Positions 59,201 through 64,000 of a DNA stretch of 64,000 nucleotides are shown here, in pieces. The position numbers and the translations under genes were made by a program. Origin of the DNA: a virus; IMG/VR virus record IMGVR_UViG_3300033753_000334, positions 1 through 64,000 of that record; one strand, written 5' to 3'. The notes under the pieces were generated by a model. The model saw nothing but the letters and a program-made list of their open reading frames with translations. It searched no databases and had not been told where the DNA came from. The stretch's first letter is position 1; each line of letters starts with the position of its first letter.

Positions 59201-59956
59201 TGCGGCATAAATGCTGAAATATTAGATTCATTCGAAAGGGGATCGAATGAAAATGGAGGTATGCTACCTGTTGATGGGTTGTCTGATGTGAAAGATGATG
59301 CGAAGCATAGTTACCTTATCGATTCGATGAAAGAAGATTCGTTGCAAGGTAAACACAGCACAACGTTTGATTTAATAAAAAAAGGTTCGATACAAGTCGA
59401 ACATAGTACAACATTTGACTCCATTAAGCGAGAAGATTATGTTACAAGTCATGCGACTGTACTTGATACATGGTTATCTGATGATGTGCATGCTGTGGAG
59501 ATTACAGAGTTACCTGCAATAGAGCAGCTAACTAAACAAGTAGATAAGATGTGGTCAGTAGGAATAATTGAATCTGATCTTCACCAGGTTATTAAAACGT
59601 TTGTAGATAGTGTTCTTTTTGAGGGAGATATAGTAGATACTGTTCCGTTTGACTTTACGCTGGATGAGTACCACTTAGGTTTATTGTGGTTGGATGCCGA
59701 AGAAACACCGCTAGAGGTGGCTGAAATGGGCTGGATTGATGCGAGAGAGATTGAGTTTCCTTCATCCAGTCTTGGATACGACAAGATAAAGATTTGGATA
59801 CTTGGTGAAGGGAAGAAATCTGACTTAGAGCCTGGTAATCCCGATCCAGATCCCGGTGATCCTGAGCCAAAACCTGGAGAGAAGAAACCAAGAGTTTGGT
59901 TGATTATGGGTAAGCCGTATTTTTGGAGTAACTGGGATTGGAAGAAAAGCAGATAG
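56222..59956 (+). CDS. Large repetitive tail fibre/shaft-like protein (1244 aa)
   Basis: About 16-aa periodicity, with a PD-rich linker near the C-terminus. Confidence 0.65.
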   Translation: MQKKKQYLFQASPFSLIQLSYLIQFTPLVGGAESYKVEVDINNRYEAIENKKMYTTVKRKRSKISEMLDSRMKVRKRAKRMIEHEINHAQFPELILDGVISDGIPIKSVSTREGIVSKDIHISSKDQEACTAIFEDGPDTRRRITHGWEQVKEVSGEKKEFQEGDLHKSTSFVPVEYKNGIQPVSLIPANAYKKYEEAFLKQVQDSAIRMEKNGLEKQLLDVHKWDRRNGILFDMHDSKTPSANVGMLPSIFWMQENRKIDGHLPLITISKCNIEKAEMPNKPDMLIPSQDMQVTMREIISMISHDKEGMQQETNFLTRRDLDTGMLNRIVDSAEMAAFGQKMKEEQIQKERILHVLMNNASLARVSEQEIYQLQEGNSANFYVEKDGVVSRPADFTLGLNTGYQSNKVHQLDQDKDIGETMLYGEEESRATILNMLSYEDVFTGKTNIEVNANEKQVTSLNTMPVTLIVVSDGAEGHLFSESDGAIEREYEGIRTDISGSTVEGDSGGKDDTRDAFLVHAQVDGKLTIPFAITAKENEVKASKDVMDSVVSNNTEFEKLMLHANESPKFLAGTFYTDIEASIDKMGSGDARFKHAIEPYFEDNGRIKNETYGWHEDKVGSGIAVEKLSIETRRDATSVEPILLDLIVESKHKTVEQNVILADSNTTEQVYKDHTLIDSFGSQQTQGKIVTIIDSMQKGTEEVSDKGETLESIVESPIIALEATVLDSNENKNKVTFTDHTSIDSATSYQSEVHIGQQIEAIDTKQQQFTLQKEVEGSVHSLEDGTSVITFAIHPSDQEEANVHHEMVGEQEGAEEVRNKAIVDNSMLHVEVIQPDHRIHDMVQTRTDAIEIVDVVSDMAQDNRVDKDYTFDALDTELFTGDKKVMIALKDKSEQNAKGIEQEIESIGNKNVVISYRMSLPSAFHEPASASFGLPAATMLFEQNQGKAQFDFLGVSNVLDSSQITSLFDSMMTQIKQVSIQSQLFDVIINNDECGINAEILDSFERGSNENGGMLPVDGLSDVKDDAKHSYLIDSMKEDSLQGKHSTTFDLIKKGSIQVEHSTTFDSIKREDYVTSHATVLDTWLSDDVHAVEITELPAIEQLTKQVDKMWSVGIIESDLHQVIKTFVDSVLFEGDIVDTVPFDFTLDEYHLGLLWLDAEETPLEVAEMGWIDAREIEFPSSSLGYDKIKIWILGEGKKSDLEPGNPDPDPGDPEPKPGEKKPRVWLIMGKPYFWSNWDWKKSR

Positions 59957-59959
59957 GGG

Positions 59960-61684
59960 ATGATAGACATGCGTTGGGACTATATGTATGGTGGGGGACA
60001 GTTGTTAGAAAAGGAAGATCCGCCATTTACGTTAAAACAAACACAGCCAAGTTATGTCGGAGTAGACGATAAAAAGAATCTTATTTTACGAACGTGGTGT
60101 CACTGGTATTGGAACTCGAAAGTATGCGGATCGATTAAGTATGAAATAAAAGACATTTTTCGTACCGATCGACTTTTCGCTATCGAATTTAATGGTAAGT
60201 TTATGATTGGGGAGGGAGGAGCATCGATTAGAATCGGGAATGGCGAATATGAAGCTATTTTTCGATTCAGCGCTAATGCTGTGACATTGAATGGCATTAA
60301 GTTGCCGATTAAGCCTAGCCAATTTAATACAGTTACAATGCTTCAGGCATACGGTCCACGAGTGGAATTATATTTGGGAACAAAGAAATTCTTCAACAGG
60401 GATGTATTAAAGCCATCCAAGTATAATGGCATCGAAATTTCTTTAAGTGGCGAAGCAACAGTCATTTTACGCTATCTGTTTTTTTCAACCGATTACAATC
60501 CCTGCCGTCTTGTGTTACTTTCTAAAAACAATACTGAATCTCCTGCTTGTCACGTGAAGAAATTTGTGTTTGCAGAAAAAGGTATTAATCAGTACGGTGT
60601 TGAGACAGTAGAAGTGTATGAAATAACAGAAGTTGGTAACTGGCAGGACTTTGATCGTTTTCAATCAACATCTATCTATAAGTTTCAGGTAAAGTTATAT
60701 AAAGCGGCATCGGGAGAAGTGGTTGCTGCATTCAGGAGAAATGGAAATTCAGAGCCTTTAGATATTATGGGGGGATACATCGAATTGTCTGGCGGTAAAA
60801 AATGGCCGTGGGTGCATGTGATTGGACAAGAAGGAGCAGCCATCATTGATGTCCCTTGGTCTGAAGCACATACTTATCCAGGATTCGAAGATGTAGAAGA
60901 AAAAACGCCGCATATGCTGAGTGCAACGATGGACAATAGCACAGATAAGGACAAAAAAGGACAAATTACGTTCGGGTTTGATGTAAAGTGTGAGGTGCAG
61001 GAGAATCCGCCAATAGACGGACAACCTGGGGGAGATTATGATATTGCCATTAACTTAAGATGGACAGTGCCAGATGAAAGGGCAGACCCACAATATCCGT
61101 TTGTGGATCTTGATTTGTGGGCAGTGTCGGCGGAGAAGAAGGACGGGAAATATGTGTACAATCGAGCCACTTATCTGGATTACACGACATCAACAGAACT
61201 AGGGGCGAGAGTGGTTGAAATTGATGATTGGTTGCGAATGAGTTTGATTAAAGATAACCGGACGAACCACAGGACAGGACAGGATGTGCGTCATGTTTGG
61301 GAAACATTGTTAGAGACTATCACGATAAAAGGGAACTATGGAAAGATACTGACTGTTGGAGTGGGGAATTATGCGGCTCCAAGTAATTATGCCTCTGCGG
61401 AGAATGTAATGTATTTGGTAGAGCATCAGGGACGAAAAATCGAACTGGAGATTATTGATAAAAATACGAATACGATTGTGAAAAGTATTGTGATTCAGCC
61501 GGAGTGGTTATATCAAGCAGGAGCAACAGGAGGATGTGTATTGCCAGTATGTGATATTCTGATTCACCCAGATAAGCGTATTGATATTATTAGCGAACGT
61601 ACATCTTCCCCAAACACTATTCCACTACCGATTTATTCAAATGATTTTAAGGGTAATTTAGACATTAAGCTACAACCGCAATAA
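59960..61684 (+). CDS. Putative receptor-binding/tail protein
   Basis: Beta-rich, in the tail operon; INLRW..DLDLW motif. Confidence 0.6.
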   Translation: MIDMRWDYMYGGGQLLEKEDPPFTLKQTQPSYVGVDDKKNLILRTWCHWYWNSKVCGSIKYEIKDIFRTDRLFAIEFNGKFMIGEGGASIRIGNGEYEAIFRFSANAVTLNGIKLPIKPSQFNTVTMLQAYGPRVELYLGTKKFFNRDVLKPSKYNGIEISLSGEATVILRYLFFSTDYNPCRLVLLSKNNTESPACHVKKFVFAEKGINQYGVETVEVYEITEVGNWQDFDRFQSTSIYKFQVKLYKAASGEVVAAFRRNGNSEPLDIMGGYIELSGGKKWPWVHVIGQEGAAIIDVPWSEAHTYPGFEDVEEKTPHMLSATMDNSTDKDKKGQITFGFDVKCEVQENPPIDGQPGGDYDIAINLRWTVPDERADPQYPFVDLDLWAVSAEKKDGKYVYNRATYLDYTTSTELGARVVEIDDWLRMSLIKDNRTNHRTGQDVRHVWETLLETITIKGNYGKILTVGVGNYAAPSNYASAENVMYLVEHQGRKIELEIIDKNTNTIVKSIVIQPEWLYQAGATGGCVLPVCDILIHPDKRIDIISERTSSPNTIPLPIYSNDFKGNLDIKLQPQ

Positions 61685-61746
61685 TGCAAAAAAAAATGAA
61701 GGGAAGGGATGATAAGGTTCCTTCCCTATTCTCGAAGTAGTAGTTA

Positions 61747-62382
61747 CTATCCTTCAAAAGTAACTAATTTATTGACTATTGATACTTTGGAGGTAGGTAC
61801 ACCATTTGCTTTTCTGAACCCCCAGATTTCAACTTTGAATTCTACCGTTTTTCCTTGATAAGTCACAAATAAAGTTCCCTGCCCGTCGCGAATCGGAACA
61901 ACTTTATTTTTATCTTGTATTGTAAATGGAGCATCTTTCCCTGATTTAAAAGTTACCTTATTTGTAATACGCTCACTTCTGTATGATTTCCAACCTGGTT
62001 CATGTCCAGGAGTTATATATACAGCCGCAATATCTAGTCTATTCTCTGGTACTTTATTTTTTATTTTTGTTTCTACGCCGAGAGATAATTGAATTTGTTC
62101 ATTTTTGGTGGGCGTTTCTTGTTGGTTTTCATTATGTGTGGGATTTTTCGGTGGTGTGGATGGTTGCGTAGGCTGCTGTGTTTCTGTTTTTGGTGGTGCA
62201 ACTGGCTTATCGATAACAAGTTGTCGATCAGTCTCAATTACTTTCAGTCCTGCACGTTCGGCCATCGCCTTAATTTCTGCAATACTATCATTTGCTAACA
62301 CCACAATAGGAGACAACAACAAAGTAGCCGCTGCCGTTGAGGCAACGATTAGTTTTTTCATTTTCCTCTCCCCTTTTTCCAA
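61747..62382 (-). CDS. Secreted protein (moron)
   Basis: Signal peptide MKKLIVAS...VLA and a P/T/Q linker. Confidence 0.7.
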   Translation of the reverse strand: MEKGERKMKKLIVASTAAATLLLSPIVVLANDSIAEIKAMAERAGLKVIETDRQLVIDKPVAPPKTETQQPTQPSTPPKNPTHNENQQETPTKNEQIQLSLGVETKIKNKVPENRLDIAAVYITPGHEPGWKSYRSERITNKVTFKSGKDAPFTIQDKNKVVPIRDGQGTLFVTYQGKTVEFKVEIWGFRKANGVPTSKVSIVNKLVTFEG

Positions 62383-62473
62383 GATATGTTTATGTTAGTC
62401 CTATTGTACGATACGGACAAGTAGATCGTCACTTGTTTTTTGGAAAAATTTATATGTGTAAGTAGGTGAGCAG

Positions 62474-63520
62474 ATGCTTTACAAATATAGAAGTGGTCTA
62501 GTTTTCGACGACAAGTTTCAAACGATGAAAAATAACTGGATATGTAGCGTTCCATCAGCGGTACGTCTTCATACAGACGTAGTGAGACTGTCTCACAGCC
62601 AAGCAGGTACGATGATGTTACTTGATTTGCCCGTAAATGAATATGAGTTGGTATTTGAAGTAGAGGCGAGTTACAGCCCGGTAGAAGCAGAAGATGTAGG
62701 TGGAATCGTCATTTGGAAATCACCGGATGAGTGTCTGGAATTTTTGGAGAGTATGGATACAAGCCGCGGTGATTACTCCCGATGGCGGGTGGTAAAGCGT
62801 GGTACCATGTGGGATTTCTATGCACGTATCAATCAGGAGTGGGAGTATTTTGATACCGGAGAGCTGGACGCAAATAAAATGGGCATAACGTTGCAAGGAG
62901 AAAGTGGCGTTCCGCTTGATGTTACAAGGGTAACGGTGTGTAGAGGAGAGTATGTGGGAATCGGAAACTTGACGGCTGAGTCCGTAGTTAGGTTGAAGGA
63001 TACGACCGGAGCCGTGATTGAAACACAGACTGTGACAGATGGATACAGCGGCGTGAATATTCGTTTACCACTTGCGGTGTTTGAGGGAGAGATTGAGGTT
63101 GTAGAAGGTGGGGAGACACAGGCGATTGCAACCACGTTTTACGGTGGAGATGTTTACCTGTATGCGACAACTCCATTGAAAATATGTAAGGATGGAGTGG
63201 AGTTGAATAAGATAGATTTTTCAGACTTGGGGTATTTTCGGCAACGTGTCGTGGAGATGAAATTACAGCTTGTTAATACGGCTGCTGAAGTCTTGCATAC
63301 TATAAAGGTAAAGGCATCGCAGTACGAATCGGATGCCGCATACCAATGGATTAGTCTAGCAGAAGATGTGAATGGTTCGCCTGGAATGTATCAGGGAGAT
63401 GTGACGTTCTCACAGATGGAAGGCAATGAAACGAAAGATTTTTGGTTGCGGATTGAACGAGATCGGGAGTATTTCAGCCTTGATCCATTGCGGTTCAAGC
63501 TAGATATTCTGCACGATTAG
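62474..63520 (+). CDS. Tail-associated protein with ConA/lectin-like domain
   Basis: Beta-sandwich pattern, position. Confidence 0.65.
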   Translation: MLYKYRSGLVFDDKFQTMKNNWICSVPSAVRLHTDVVRLSHSQAGTMMLLDLPVNEYELVFEVEASYSPVEAEDVGGIVIWKSPDECLEFLESMDTSRGDYSRWRVVKRGTMWDFYARINQEWEYFDTGELDANKMGITLQGESGVPLDVTRVTVCRGEYVGIGNLTAESVVRLKDTTGAVIETQTVTDGYSGVNIRLPLAVFEGEIEVVEGGETQAIATTFYGGDVYLYATTPLKICKDGVELNKIDFSDLGYFRQRVVEMKLQLVNTAAEVLHTIKVKASQYESDAAYQWISLAEDVNGSPGMYQGDVTFSQMEGNETKDFWLRIERDREYFSLDPLRFKLDILHD

Positions 63521-63527
63521 GGGATGG

Positions 63528-64000
63528 ATGCTTGTGACACGAATGAGTTTGCGAAGAAAAACAGCGACTCCTCCACTAGACCCGCGTATTTCTGCATTAG
63601 AAGAGGAGATTAGGCGAGCGAGAAGGTATAGAGAATATGATGCACCCCATGCATCTTTGGACGATAGATTAGATGGTTTGGAGCAACGTATAAGCAATGC
63701 AGGGACAGGAGATATGAAGAAATCCCAATATGATACAGATGGGGATGGGAAAGTAGATCGAGCGGAGATTGCAGACTGGTCATATGGTGTAGATTGGTTG
63801 GATGTTCACAACAAGCCTTATATTCCACCTGAGTATGTATTGCCAGTAGCAACGGAATATCGACTTGGCGGGATAAAGTCAGGCGGTGATATTGAAGTAC
63901 AACAGGATGGAACGATTCGTGTTATTCGTGGCGGCGTGGGAAGTGCTATCGAAGATTCACCTTATAATGGCTATATTCGGGTGGATGGGCAAGACATTGA
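63528..64000 (+). CDS. Tail fibre-like protein, truncated by the window end
   Basis: Open frame to the end: SLDDRLD, GDMKKSQYDTDGDGKVD, YVLPVAT..LGGIK.G fibre motifs. Confidence 0.7.
   Translation, partial: MLVTRMSLRRKTATPPLDPRISALEEEIRRARRYREYDAPHASLDDRLDGLEQRISNAGTGDMKKSQYDTDGDGKVDRAEIADWSYGVDWLDVHNKPYIPPEYVLPVATEYRLGGIKSGGDIEVQQDGTIRVIRGGVGSAIEDSPYNGYIRVDGQDI

Larger units (their letters stand above)
1378..64000. mobile_element. Large siphovirus-like phage/prophage segment; ends not seen
   Basis: Complete head-to-tail morphogenesis gene order; no recognisable host housekeeping genes. Confidence 0.9.

Noticed and set aside
56222-64000. Diversity-generating retroelement at the tail fibres
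   Set aside because: No reverse transcriptase or TR/VR pair seen in the window

Overview
The window is part of a large tailed phage or prophage of an endospore-forming Bacillota host (Paenibacillaceae-like; the host is an inference). Left end, about 1-6.3 kb: an IS200/IS605-type tnpB element and a minus-strand early/accessory block (RadC/JAB, small membrane peptides). From about 6.5 kb nearly everything is plus-strand morphogenesis: terminase, portal, protease/scaffold, capsid, head-tail joining proteins, major tail protein, frameshifted tail chaperones, a ~2,820-aa tape measure protein, SLH-bearing tail proteins, an M23 hub protein and receptor-binding-type proteins. Several accessory blocks interrupt this. 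The most notable lies between the tape measure and distal tail genes (42.2-45.55 kb). It holds an XRE repressor divergent from an operon of an acidic protein, tracrRNA-1, CRISPR array 1, an intact AsCas12f1-like nuclease, tracrRNA-2 and a mini-array with a different repeat. Each tracrRNA has co-varied to match its own repeat. Spacer 1 encodes the same peptide (EGLLLGQ) as the neighbouring repressor gene with only synonymous differences, so it appears to derive from a homologous repressor of a related element. Other features of note: two orphan replication-origin-like iteron modules between terminase and portal, a ~430-nt structured ncRNA candidate with a tRNA-like 3' end, a C5-methyltransferase with a nested out-of-frame subunit, a recurring late-promoter-like motif, an S1-domain/RNase-like gene pair, and a TnpB with a rearranged RuvC site. 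All calls were made by eye; no database searches were run.
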